A stretch of 64,000 bases of DNA, taken from the NCBI GenBank assembly GCA_965205505.1, contig CBDBHB010000006.1:288001-352000 (forward strand), in the 5' to 3' direction. The DNA is from Acidobacteriota bacterium (GTDB lineage: Bacteria; Acidobacteriota; UBA890; WLXD01). Made by a program: the position numbers and the translations under genes. A model generated the notes under the pieces. It was not told where the DNA came from. It saw nothing but the letters and a program-made list of their open reading frames with translations, and did no database searches. Below are positions 1 to 9,045 of the stretch, piece by piece (within the stretch, counting starts at the first letter, position 1; each line of letters starts with the position of its first letter).

Positions 1-1795
1 CGGGCATTAGGCTAACGAGAATCGGATCGGTATCGCCGGTCCCGAAATCACCCTCCTCGTCTTGACCTGGCCGACCTCGACCACCGCGTCCGCCGCCGCT
101 GATCGCGTCCTCGGTGCCAACGTACACCGTTGCGAGGTCGGCCTCGGTGATGTCGGCCATGCGCACGATGTACGGCGTGATCGACATCACGATGTCGGTC
201 TGCAGAACGGTCTGGGAGGTGCTGCCAAAGAGATGCTTGAGCACCGGAATCTCGGACAGGATCGGCAAGCCCGTGTACACGGTGCGCTCGTCGTCACGGA
301 GGAGCCCGGCCAGCAAGTTGGTTTCGCCCTCCATCAGGCGCAACGTCGTCGTCAACGTGCGCGCGGTGAACACAGGCTGCTCCAGGACACCGCTGCCCTC
401 CTGCACCGCCGTTACCTGGAGCACGAGCTGAAGCGTGATCGTGCCGTCGTGATGGACTCGCGGCGTCGCATCGATAACGATGCCGACGTCGCGGTACTCC
501 GTGGAGGAGATCGGAACCACATTGCCGCCGACAGTGCTCGTGGGATTGAACGTGGTGCTGATGATCGGCCGTTGCTCGCCGACCAGCAGCGACGATATCT
601 GGCCGTCGGAGGCTCGCAGCTGCGGTTGCGCGATGAGCCGGAACGAGGAGTCCTGCTTCATGAACTGATAGCGCAGCGACGGAATCGTGAGAAAGGCGTT
701 CTGAGTGGTGAGGCTCCCCAGATCGGCCAATGAGATACCGGCCTCGGTCTGGCCAATCGACGCGGTGGTTGAGTAGTCCGGCTGCAGCGACAGGCCATAG
801 TCGTCCATCACCGTTCGGTTGACCTCGAAAATCTCCACGTTGAGCAGCACTTCGCCGCCGGCCTTGTCGAGCGACTTGATCATGCGCTCGGCGACCTCGA
901 CCACGTCCGCGGAGTCGCGGATCGTGACGGCGTTGAGCGCCGGCGTGGGCATGACCTGGCGCGCTCCGAGAATGGTCTGCAACGCGCTAGCGATCTGTTC
1001 CGCGTCGCCATTCGAGAGATAGAACGTGCGCATTACCTGCGGCTCGTACTGCCGCCGCTTCTGCTGCGTGTCTTCGGCGACAAGGATCGCATTGGCCGAC
1101 ATCACCCGGTAGAAGTGGCCGTGCGCTGCGGTCAGAATCTCGAGCGCGCGCTCGTACGTGACGTCGGCGAGAAAGAACGATGTGTTGGGGTTGTCGACGT
1201 CCGGGTCGAACAGCATGTTGATACCGCCCAGACGGCCCATAGCACGGTAGATGTCTTTGATCTTGGCGCGCCGATAGTCGAATGACATCTGGCCGATGGC
1301 GTGATGCTCGAGCTCGGGTAATGGCGGCGGGGCATCCATCGACGCGTCGACCGCCCGTTCGATAGCCGTCCGTTGCTCGCCGCGACTGAGTCGCTCTGCT
1401 TCCCACGCCTCGTTCACCTTGCGCAGCTCGACAGCCGCCGCTTGGTTGGTGCGATCCAGCCGCACAGCGAGCTCGAGCTCAAGCTGTGCACGCTGCAGAT
1501 CGCCGCCCTCGGCCAGCGCCTTCCCGTGAACGCGATGGAACTGTGAGGCATTGGTCTGCGCCAGCAGCAGCTTCGATCTCGCCGTGCGATTGCCGGGATC
1601 GTCCTTGAGCACCCGCTGGTAGTAGGTGATCGCCGTGTCCCACTCGCCGACGCGGGCATGCGCATCGGCTCGATTCAGCGTGCTGCTTCCACTGGCGCAT
1701 GCTGTCGCCCCCACCAGAAGAACGAGCACGCAGATAATCGCGGCCAGATGGCGCCGCCGATCTCTGGTTGTGATCACGTGTTCTTTCAAGCTCAT
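1..1795 (-). CDS. gspD: Type II secretion/type IV pilus secretin (GspD/PilQ family) with N-terminal lipoprotein signal and TPR region; 3' end runs off the window
   Basis: Manual translation from ATG at 1795 (ATGA overlap with the upstream stop). MSLKEH...VLLVGATAC lipobox, TPR-like AITYYQRVLKDDP, N-domain RTFYLSNGDAEQIASAL, secretin core (IAQPQLRASDGQ, YRDVGIVIDATPRVH, LLAGLLRDDE, GLPILSEIPVLKHLFG, TDIVMSITPYIV). Frame stays open to base 2. Confidence 0.9.
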   Translation of the reverse strand, partial: MSLKEHVITTRDRRRHLAAIICVLVLLVGATACASGSSTLNRADAHARVGEWDTAITYYQRVLKDDPGNRTARSKLLLAQTNASQFHRVHGKALAEGGDLQRAQLELELAVRLDRTNQAAAVELRKVNEAWEAERLSRGEQRTAIERAVDASMDAPPPLPELEHHAIGQMSFDYRRAKIKDIYRAMGRLGGINMLFDPDVDNPNTSFFLADVTYERALEILTAAHGHFYRVMSANAILVAEDTQQKRRQYEPQVMRTFYLSNGDAEQIASALQTILGARQVMPTPALNAVTIRDSADVVEVAERMIKSLDKAGGEVLLNVEIFEVNRTVMDDYGLSLQPDYSTTASIGQTEAGISLADLGSLTTQNAFLTIPSLRYQFMKQDSSFRLIAQPQLRASDGQISSLLVGEQRPIISTTFNPTSTVGGNVVPISSTEYRDVGIVIDATPRVHHDGTITLQLVLQVTAVQEGSGVLEQPVFTARTLTTTLRLMEGETNLLAGLLRDDERTVYTGLPILSEIPVLKHLFGSTSQTVLQTDIVMSITPYIVRMADITEADLATVYVGTEDAISGGGRGGRGRPGQDEEGDFGTGDTDPILVSLMP

Positions 1796-2913
1796 CGGTC
1801 TTGCTCCGTTACTCCAGGGTTCTCGTCTCTTCGCAGCGATAGCCGCGTGGTCTCATTGCCGGCTTCCAGCTCTACGCTGGTGAGATCAAGGTGCGCGACG
1901 CGATAGCCATCCGGCAGCAGCTCGCCACGGCGCACTAGCAACACCAGATCGTCGCCACCGCTGAGCGTTGCCAGCAACCCATCACGGGTGCGGGTAACTC
2001 CGATGAGCTGATAAGGGGTCACCGGATCAGGGGTGAACTGGCTGGCGAGCGCCGCTAGGGCTTCCTCCGGATCGGGCTCGGCCGCCGTCACCTGTGTCGG
2101 AAACGCGAAGAGGTTCCGACGCGTCTGCGTCTTGGCGGGCAATGGCGTATCCAGTTGCTCCAATCGAAGCTCGAGCTCCTCCGCCAACAGTGGGATGGCC
2201 GGCAAGCGCTGCAGACGTGACGCCAACGAGCTTGCCAGCGCCAGCGGTTCACCTGTCTCGATCGGCGAGGTGGTGATCATCGACGGTTCCGCACTGTCAT
2301 CGGCGGCTCGCACGAATACCGAGGCTGTCGTCGACAGCAGGAGCTGGCCGGTTGGATCGTTAAACGAAGGCGTGGACGCGCCGATGCGCTCGAGCACCAC
2401 GAACATCGGGCCGGCCAATACCTCGTCGAGAAACCGCCGTAGCTGCCCGTAGCTACCGCGTAGCGGCAGGTCGATCTGCAGTTGCATCAGCCCGAGCTCT
2501 GGCACCGGCTGCACCGCATAGCCGATACGGGCCGCGCCGAGGCCGGCAGCGTCCACTGCCGCGCGTAACGTCGATACGACTTCCGACACGGCGCCGCCTC
2601 CGATGCGTTCGCGAAGCTCTGTGACTTCTGACTCCGCATCCAGCACGCGGCCGTACATGCGGCGTGCACGCTCCAGTGCCGGGCGCAGCGCTGCCTGCGC
2701 GGCAACGCCTTCGCGCGACGCCGTATCGACGGCGGCGATCGAGCTCCAGCGCGGCCAGGTAACTCCCAAGAAAATCGCCAGGTTGGCGGCCAGCAACAGA
2801 ATGACCCCGAGAAGCTGTGGCCGAACGAGGTTCCACCCCGGGCCTAGATCGATCGACAACGAACCGACCTCGGAGCCCAGGCGCAACCACCGCGATCTCC
2901 GGAGTTGGATCAT
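1792..2913 (-). CDS. PilO/GspM-like inner-membrane protein with a C-terminal PilP/GspC-like domain
   Basis: N-terminal TM helix, coiled coil, LQIDLPLRGSYGQLRRFLDEV (PilO-type). C-terminal RRNLFAF...YQLIGV...LVRRGELLPDGYRVAHLD. Sits between the PilN-like gene and the secretin, with ATGA overlaps on both sides. Confidence 0.7.
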   Translation of the reverse strand: MIQLRRSRWLRLGSEVGSLSIDLGPGWNLVRPQLLGVILLLAANLAIFLGVTWPRWSSIAAVDTASREGVAAQAALRPALERARRMYGRVLDAESEVTELRERIGGGAVSEVVSTLRAAVDAAGLGAARIGYAVQPVPELGLMQLQIDLPLRGSYGQLRRFLDEVLAGPMFVVLERIGASTPSFNDPTGQLLLSTTASVFVRAADDSAEPSMITTSPIETGEPLALASSLASRLQRLPAIPLLAEELELRLEQLDTPLPAKTQTRRNLFAFPTQVTAAEPDPEEALAALASQFTPDPVTPYQLIGVTRTRDGLLATLSGGDDLVLLVRRGELLPDGYRVAHLDLTSVELEAGNETTRLSLRRDENPGVTEQDR

Positions 2914-3569
2914 TGCGCGTCTCCGGCGATTCCGGAGGATGCCTGCCCGGTAGTTGGGGGGGGTGCCTCGGTGGGCCTCGTCTCCGCATCCGCCTCGGGC
3001 TCACCACGACGTACGTAGAGCGCCCGCAACGTCATCCGCGACGATCCGTCGGGGAGCGTCTCCTCACGGTCTGGCCAGGCCTCTTCAAAGGCAGGGTGTA
3101 ACTCGAGCTCCAGCAACAGGTCCTGCAAGGGGCCTGGGTCAGTCGCAGCGGCGGTCATCTGGATCCGCACCGCCCCGTCGCCATCGATCCCAGGTGCCAC
3201 CACCTCGAGGCGCGCGCGCTGCGGCAGTACCTGCTCAAGATCCGCGAAGATCGAGCGCCAAGGAATGGTCCTCCAGGCGATGAGCTGGTTTCCGCTTTGG
3301 ACGGCCTCGCCAGCCGCACGAGCGCGCTGCACATCGGCAACCGCGGCCAGGCGATCCACCTCCGCCTGCCACTCTGCCAACGTTGACGCGTCGATGGGGG
3401 CCTGTGAAGTCGCTTGCGACACACCTCTTCCGCCCGTTCCCCATCCCAGAAACGCCAGGTGGACCAGGCTCACGATCACCGTCGCCGCCGCTGTATACGC
3501 GACTGCTCGCCGTGCTGCGCGCACCTTCTCGATCGGCTGCGCGGCCAGGTTGATCGGAAAGCGACTCAT
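2910..3569 (-). CDS. pilN: PilN-like fimbrial assembly protein
   Basis: Start ATG 3569 (MSRFPINLAAQP, a typical PilN INL motif) overlaps the upstream stop. TM helix, then WRSIFADLEQVLPQRARL. Operon position. Confidence 0.75.
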   Translation of the reverse strand: MSRFPINLAAQPIEKVRAARRAVAYTAAATVIVSLVHLAFLGWGTGGRGVSQATSQAPIDASTLAEWQAEVDRLAAVADVQRARAAGEAVQSGNQLIAWRTIPWRSIFADLEQVLPQRARLEVVAPGIDGDGAVRIQMTAAATDPGPLQDLLLELELHPAFEEAWPDREETLPDGSSRMTLRALYVRRGEPEADAETRPTEAPPPTTGQASSGIAGDAQ

Positions 3570-4477
3570 CCGCGCAACGCTCCGGCCAGTGCTTCCTCGG
3601 GATTCACGCGACGCACCTCCAGGTCGACTGCATCGCAAGCCGCCGCGACCGTTGTCGACCAATCGGCTGTGCCACACAGGCTCACCTGTCCGATAGTCAT
3701 TTCGAGGTGGTCGTTCACGTAGCGTCGCAGCGATGGCAGCTCCTCGGCGACGCGATCGCCGTCGACTCGGGCGCGCCACGCACGGTGGAATCGCGGCACG
3801 CCGCCGGCCTCGAACAGGCAGGCAAGGGTGCCGTCAGCCTCGCACAAGATGAGCCGCCGAGGCGACTCTTCGGCGTCCGCCGATTCGCTCTCGGGTCGCG
3901 TTTTGTCGCTGTCATCGACCGAGGCGGCAGCAAGCGTCCAGGGCACGATACGTCCCACCGTCCATCCGTAAGGATCCACGAGGGCCTCGTACTCCCGCAG
4001 TAATTCTGCATCGCCCCCAACGCTCAGCATCCAGCGGTCGGGCTCGGCGTCGGCGACTCCCGGCGTGGCCATGATCGCCCAATCTACGCGGGCCGCGTCG
4101 GCCTCCACAGGCAGCAGCTCGCGTAGCACCCAGCCGGCCATGCGGTGGCCCTCGGCAGCTCCGGGTGTCTTACCCTCGATCGGTGCTGCTGCAATCTTGA
4201 CCGAGCCATCGGTAATCACCAGTGCGACGAGGTCGGGCCGGCGGCGCAGCAAACCAGCGGCGCGCGCGTCGTCCAGCAGCTCATTCAGGGCCGCCGCAAT
4301 CGCCTGTCGGTCGGCAGAGAGCGGCGCCCGCAGCCCGCCGCGAAGCGCGCCCTTTGGCAACTCGCGCGAGCCACTGTGGGCAACGCTCACGGAGCCGTTT
4401 CCGCGTGCTACCAGCAGGCGCAGTCGGTCCTTCCCGAGACCGACTGCCACCCGTTCTTTGCTCGCCCAGTACGCCAT
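3566..4477 (-). CDS. pilM: PilM/GspL-like cytoplasmic actin-fold assembly protein
   Basis: VAVGLGKDRLRLL N-terminus, RELPKGAL and LLREYEALV motifs. Lies between the ATPase and PilN. Confidence 0.65.
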   Translation of the reverse strand: MAYWASKERVAVGLGKDRLRLLVARGNGSVSVAHSGSRELPKGALRGGLRAPLSADRQAIAAALNELLDDARAAGLLRRRPDLVALVITDGSVKIAAAPIEGKTPGAAEGHRMAGWVLRELLPVEADAARVDWAIMATPGVADAEPDRWMLSVGGDAELLREYEALVDPYGWTVGRIVPWTLAAASVDDSDKTRPESESADAEESPRRLILCEADGTLACLFEAGGVPRFHRAWRARVDGDRVAEELPSLRRYVNDHLEMTIGQVSLCGTADWSTTVAAACDAVDLEVRRVNPEEALAGALRG

Positions 4478-4486
4478 ACCATCGCC

Positions 4487-6124
4487 TCAGTCGACGAACG
4501 TCACCTTGTTGATCTCTTGCAGCGTGGTGAGGCCAGCCTTCACCTTCTCGAGCGCCGAGTCGCGCAGGAACTTGATCCCCTCGCTGGCTGCTTGGCGCCT
4601 GATCTCGGAGGTCGGCCGTCGCTCCAGGATCATCTCCCGCACGGTGTCTGACAGATCCAGAAGCTCGGCAATCACCGTGCGACCGTAGTAGCCCGTATCC
4701 CGGCACTCAGCACAGCCGACACCTTCGTACAACGGCCCGTCCTCGAGATCACGAGGGCTCAGCCCGGAGTCCCGCAACAACGTGGCGCTCGGTTCTACGA
4801 TGCGCTTGCATTGTTTGCAGATCAGTCTGACCAGTCGCTGCGCCAGAACACAGTTGAGTGCCGACACGAACTGGTATTCCTCGACCTCCATGTTCATCAG
4901 GCGGCCGATGACGTCGATGGCGTTGTTCGCGTGGACGGTGGTGAAGACGAGATGACCCGTCAGCGCCGACTGCACGGCGATGTTGGCGGTCTCCGGGTCA
5001 CGGATCTCACCGACCATGATGATGTCGGGATCGTGCCGGAGCACCGATCGGAGACCGCGCGCAAACGTCAGCCCCTTCTTCTCGTTGACCGGAATCTGGG
5101 TGATGCCCGGGAGCTGGTACTCGACCGGGTCCTCGATTGTAATGAGCTTCTGTTCCTCGGTGCGAATCTCCGACAGCGCCGCGTACAGCGTCGTGGTCTT
5201 GCCGGAGCCGGTCGGACCGGTCACCAGGAACATGCCGTATGGCTCACGACTGTACTTGCGGATCTTGAGCATGTCGGCGTCGGTGAAGCCGAGCGTGTCG
5301 AGGCGAAGCTCGGAGAATTCCTCCGCGAGGTACTGCTTGTCGAGAATGCGAATGACCGCGTCCTCGCCGTGGATCGAGGGCATGATCGAAACGCGGAAGT
5401 CAACTTTCCGACCCTGCAGGCTGAGCTTGAAGCGACCGTCCTGAGGGATGCGTTTCTCGGCGATATCGAGATCCGACATGACCTTTACGCGCGAGAGGAT
5501 CGCATCGTGGTGGCGCAGTTCGATGGGGTCCATGGCCGGGTACAGAACGCCGTCAACGCGATACTTGATCCATACCGCGTCGTCGCGTGTCTCGACATGA
5601 ATGTCCGAGGCGCGGCGCTCGATAGCGTTCAACAGCGTCGTATCGACCAGCCGCACGATCGGATGCCCGGCATCTGTGGCCAGGCCCGCCAGCGTCAGGC
5701 TGCCCTCATCCTCGACGTCGGCGACGCCGCTACGCTCGAAGGTCTGCTGAACGGAAGCCAGAATGCGCTCACCAGCGCCGGCGCGGCGGAGCGCGCGCTC
5801 GACCGCATCGGGGGCGGCGGCGCGTACGGCGACTGAGGCGTCGAGAAGACCCTCGAGCGCGTCGAGCGCGGCTACGTCCGCGGGGTCGCACATCGCGATC
5901 GCTAGCGAGTCGTCGTCGGCACGGTGCAGCGGTACGAAGGCGTGCCGCACCATCAGCTCGATCGGAATCTGTGCCAAGAGCGCGCGATCGAGCTGCACAT
6001 CGTCGAGGTCAACGTAGGGAATACCGAGCTCGCTAGCGCGCCGTTCGTACGCTGATAGCAGCTCCGCGCCCCCCTCCCCGGCGAGGGGATCCCGACGCTC
6101 GTGCGGACCCTTCGGCGCGCTCAT
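4487..6124 (-). CDS. gspE: GspE/PilB family secretion ATPase
   Basis: Walker A GPTGSGKTTT, Asp box TIEDPVE, LRHDPDIIMVGEIRD, TGHLVFTTVHAN, CxxC...CxxC zinc motif, RASDIHVE. Confidence 0.95.
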   Translation of the reverse strand: MSAPKGPHERRDPLAGEGGAELLSAYERRASELGIPYVDLDDVQLDRALLAQIPIELMVRHAFVPLHRADDDSLAIAMCDPADVAALDALEGLLDASVAVRAAAPDAVERALRRAGAGERILASVQQTFERSGVADVEDEGSLTLAGLATDAGHPIVRLVDTTLLNAIERRASDIHVETRDDAVWIKYRVDGVLYPAMDPIELRHHDAILSRVKVMSDLDIAEKRIPQDGRFKLSLQGRKVDFRVSIMPSIHGEDAVIRILDKQYLAEEFSELRLDTLGFTDADMLKIRKYSREPYGMFLVTGPTGSGKTTTLYAALSEIRTEEQKLITIEDPVEYQLPGITQIPVNEKKGLTFARGLRSVLRHDPDIIMVGEIRDPETANIAVQSALTGHLVFTTVHANNAIDVIGRLMNMEVEEYQFVSALNCVLAQRLVRLICKQCKRIVEPSATLLRDSGLSPRDLEDGPLYEGVGCAECRDTGYYGRTVIAELLDLSDTVREMILERRPTSEIRRQAASEGIKFLRDSALEKVKAGLTTLQEINKVTFVD

Positions 6125-7398
6125 CCTACTACCTGCACCGTCTGGAACAATGGCACGTACAGCGACATCAGGATGCCGGCGACGAGCAGGCCCATGCCAA
6201 CGAGCATCGCTGGCTCCACGAGGCTCACAGCGGTCGTCACCTGCCGATCGAGAACCTCGTCGTACGTGGTCGCAACATGGTCGAGCATCTCTTGCAGCGC
6301 ACCCGTTGATTCGCCGACCTGCACCATCTCGAGACCGAGAGGCTCGAGAAGGCCAAGGGTCTCGAAGGCCACATGCAGGCTCGTACCCTGCGTGACCAGC
6401 TCGGACACCTGCACGATCCGGCGGCGAAAGGCACGATTGCTGGTACCGTCGGCCGTCACACGCAGCGCCGCCACGAGCGGGGCACCGCCGCCCAGCAGCG
6501 TCGATAGCGTGCGGGCCATCTCGAGGCCGAAGTAGCGACGTTGCAGCGCGCCGATCATCGGGACACGCAGTTTCATGTCGTCGAGCGACTCTCTCCCGGC
6601 CGGCGTTCGCGCCCAGCGGCGCACCGCCAAGAATCCGACCGCAACGGCACCCGCTAGCAACAGGCCGTAGCGCGAGACGACCCCCGCCAGCCCCATCAGG
6701 GCGCGCGTCGTAAACGGCAGCTCGGCTCCCGACGAGGCATAGAACTCGGCGAACTGCGGAATGACCATCACCAGCAAGATGAGCACGACGACCAGCGATA
6801 CGGCAGCCAGCACCATCGGATACACCATCGCCGCGCGAACGCGCCCGCGAAGCTTCAACGACTTGTCGAGGTGTGCCGTGTAACGCCGGATCGCGCGTGC
6901 CAGGTCGCCGCTCGCCTCCCCGACCTGTAGCGACGTGACAAACAGCTCGGGCAACCGAACCCGATCGATCTCAGGTCGAAACGCGCCGGAGATACCCTCA
7001 CCGCCGGCAAGCAGCCCTCGAACCCTATCGAGCATGCTGCCAACCACCGACCCAGCGCGACGCGCGCGAAGAATATCGACGCATCGAAGCAGCGGTAAGC
7101 CGGCGTTCACCAGCGCCGCGAGCTCCTGGTTCAGCACCAACAGTTCCGCCGGTACCAAGTGTGTCCGTCGACGCCTGAAAAACCGTCGTCCCGAGTTCGC
7201 GGATGCCCCACCCAGCTGAATGGACGCGAGCTTGCGCCACGTCGGCAGGGCGGTGGATGGGCGGCCCTCGACCACGTCGAATATCTCGAGGCCGTCCGCG
7301 GCCAGCTGCTCGCGTGCGGACGCGGCGGAGACCGCAGAGACATGGCGTTCGGTGATGGCGCCATTCGGCGCGCCGACCCGGCAGCAAAACTCAGGCAT
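6121..7398 (-). CDS. gspF: GspF/PilC family inner-membrane platform protein
   Basis: QELAALVNAGLPL, VGEASGDL, AMVYP, VGESTGAL...LVEP motifs; three TM segments. Confidence 0.95.
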   Translation of the reverse strand: MPEFCCRVGAPNGAITERHVSAVSAASAREQLAADGLEIFDVVEGRPSTALPTWRKLASIQLGGASANSGRRFFRRRRTHLVPAELLVLNQELAALVNAGLPLLRCVDILRARRAGSVVGSMLDRVRGLLAGGEGISGAFRPEIDRVRLPELFVTSLQVGEASGDLARAIRRYTAHLDKSLKLRGRVRAAMVYPMVLAAVSLVVVLILLVMVIPQFAEFYASSGAELPFTTRALMGLAGVVSRYGLLLAGAVAVGFLAVRRWARTPAGRESLDDMKLRVPMIGALQRRYFGLEMARTLSTLLGGGAPLVAALRVTADGTSNRAFRRRIVQVSELVTQGTSLHVAFETLGLLEPLGLEMVQVGESTGALQEMLDHVATTYDEVLDRQVTTAVSLVEPAMLVGMGLLVAGILMSLYVPLFQTVQVVG

Positions 7399-7413
7399 CG
7401 CGTGGAGCCCTCA

Positions 7414-8178
7414 CTACTCCTGCGGGCCGTCCGCAGGTTCAGTCGCCGGCGCCGCACGGGGGCGCACGGCGATGGCCAGAAACAAACCTCCAGTCTCGAC
7501 TTCGGCGCCGGGGCGCACGCCGACTACGTGGGGATCGCCCGGGGTCAAGGTCATCTCGGAAGCGACCTTCAAACGCTCTTCGCCTTCGAGCCAGACGTTG
7601 CGCAGCTGCAGGGCGCCGTTGTCGGCGTCGACTCCCACCAGTTCGAACGCCAGGGCTCGACTGTTGGAGAGTGGCACCTCGCCGTCGGCCTCCTGTATCT
7701 CCCCGGTCCACTCGCCCACCAGGCCGAAATCTTCGAAGCGCACGAGCGATGCGAGGTCGGCACGCAGATCCGCCAGCCGACTGGCCCCGCCGGCGCCGTC
7801 GACAACCTCCGGGCGCACGTCGGCGGGCGGGGCACCGTCGAATCCGCGAACCAACCGAACGTCGAGCTCCCACACCGATACCAAGGCATCGGCAACAGGT
7901 GCCGGCATCGCGATCAGCGGAGCAGTCTCACCAACCCGGACTGGCTGCCACCAGATCGCGATGGCCACTGCGGCGATCGCCGTGACCGCGCCTGCCAGCT
8001 GCAGCCCAGGGCATCGAGTTGCGGCCGTCAATGGTTGCAAGAGTCGGCTAGCCGTCGCCGGCGACGGTGGCTCCAGACGTGCCTCGATGCGACGCCATAG
8101 TGCTTCGGAGTCCGCCTCCGCCGCACGACTGCGTCGCAGAACACGGAATATTTTCTCGGGACGATACTCGTCGGTCAT
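7414..8178 (-). CDS. Hypothetical single-pass membrane protein (anti-sigma-factor-like N-terminus)
   Basis: Strong RBS AGGAGGAG before ATG 8178. LWRRIEARL motif followed by a TM helix (LAGAVTAIAAVAIAIWW) and an acidic periplasmic domain. First gene of the operon. Confidence 0.6.
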   Translation of the reverse strand: MTDEYRPEKIFRVLRRSRAAEADSEALWRRIEARLEPPSPATASRLLQPLTAATRCPGLQLAGAVTAIAAVAIAIWWQPVRVGETAPLIAMPAPVADALVSVWELDVRLVRGFDGAPPADVRPEVVDGAGGASRLADLRADLASLVRFEDFGLVGEWTGEIQEADGEVPLSNSRALAFELVGVDADNGALQLRNVWLEGEERLKVASEMTLTPGDPHVVGVRPGAEVETGGLFLAIAVRPRAAPATEPADGPQE

Positions 8179-8248
8179 GAAACTCCTCCTGGCATGTATA
8201 CGGAGCTCGCGGTCGGAGCGTCCAAGACAACCGGCGCTGAGGTGTTCT

Positions 8249-9028
8249 ATGCTGCGGGGGATGCAGTCCGAAGAGACCGATCGACAACCCGAATCCTCAG
8301 CAAGAGCGGCCCCTCCGCCGTACTCGACAGACGGCCATCCGTCCCTCGACCCGAGAGCCCGAACCGTCGAGAGCCGGCCGACGCAGAGTTGGCGGCGATG
8401 GCCTTTGCTGATTGCCACCGTGCTCTTCGTCCTGTTCCAAGCCGGTCCATGGTTGCTGGGTTCGCTCGGAGCTTGGCTGGTCGTCGAGGATGAGATCGGT
8501 CAAACCGACGTGATCTTCGTTCACAGTAGCGATGTGCCTTACCGCGCGATGGAAGCCGCAGAGCTCTACGGCCAAGGTCGCGCGCCCGAGGTCTGGATCG
8601 CCGCGCTCGTCCCGAGCGAGCGAAGCCGTGCCCTCGAACGGATCGGCATGAGCTTCCTCGGATCACACTACTGGGAACGTCAGATGCTGCAGCGCTTGGG
8701 CGTGCCGGCGGGCGCGATTCGGGTAATGGACACGCCGGTCCTGAATACACTCGACGAGATCGACGCCCTGCGCGCCGAGATGCTGCAACTGGGCCGCACG
8801 AGCGTGATCCTGGTGACCTCGAGGGCCCATTCGCGCCGCGTACGGCTGCTCTGGAGCAAGGCGGACGACGCCTCGATTGAAGGTGCGGTGCGCTGGGCGC
8901 GTGCCGATCCATTCGATCCGGATCGATGGTGGACAAACACCGACGACGGTAAGGAGGTCGTGCATGAGCTGCTCGGAATTCTTGACATGTGGGTCGGCAC
9001 CGGCTTGCGTCCGAAGCGCCAGGAGTAA
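8249..9028 (+). CDS. YdcF/DUF218 (ElyC/SanA-like) family protein
   Basis: TM helix then WLVVEDE..DVIFV, RAMEAAELY, GVPAGAI, NTLDE, ILVTSRAHSRR, WW...VVHE. Start could be 8249 or 8261. Confidence 0.85.
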   Translation: MLRGMQSEETDRQPESSARAAPPPYSTDGHPSLDPRARTVESRPTQSWRRWPLLIATVLFVLFQAGPWLLGSLGAWLVVEDEIGQTDVIFVHSSDVPYRAMEAAELYGQGRAPEVWIAALVPSERSRALERIGMSFLGSHYWERQMLQRLGVPAGAIRVMDTPVLNTLDEIDALRAEMLQLGRTSVILVTSRAHSRRVRLLWSKADDASIEGAVRWARADPFDPDRWWTNTDDGKEVVHELLGILDMWVGTGLRPKRQE

Positions 9029-9045
9029 CCCGTACAGGCCACTAG

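Noticed and set aside
7220-8248. Long N-terminal extension of the 602-aa ORF 7220-9028
   Set aside because: It overlaps gspF and the 7414-8178 gene on the opposite strand and is Ser/Arg-rich shadow sequence. Only the DUF218 part from about 8249 is credible.
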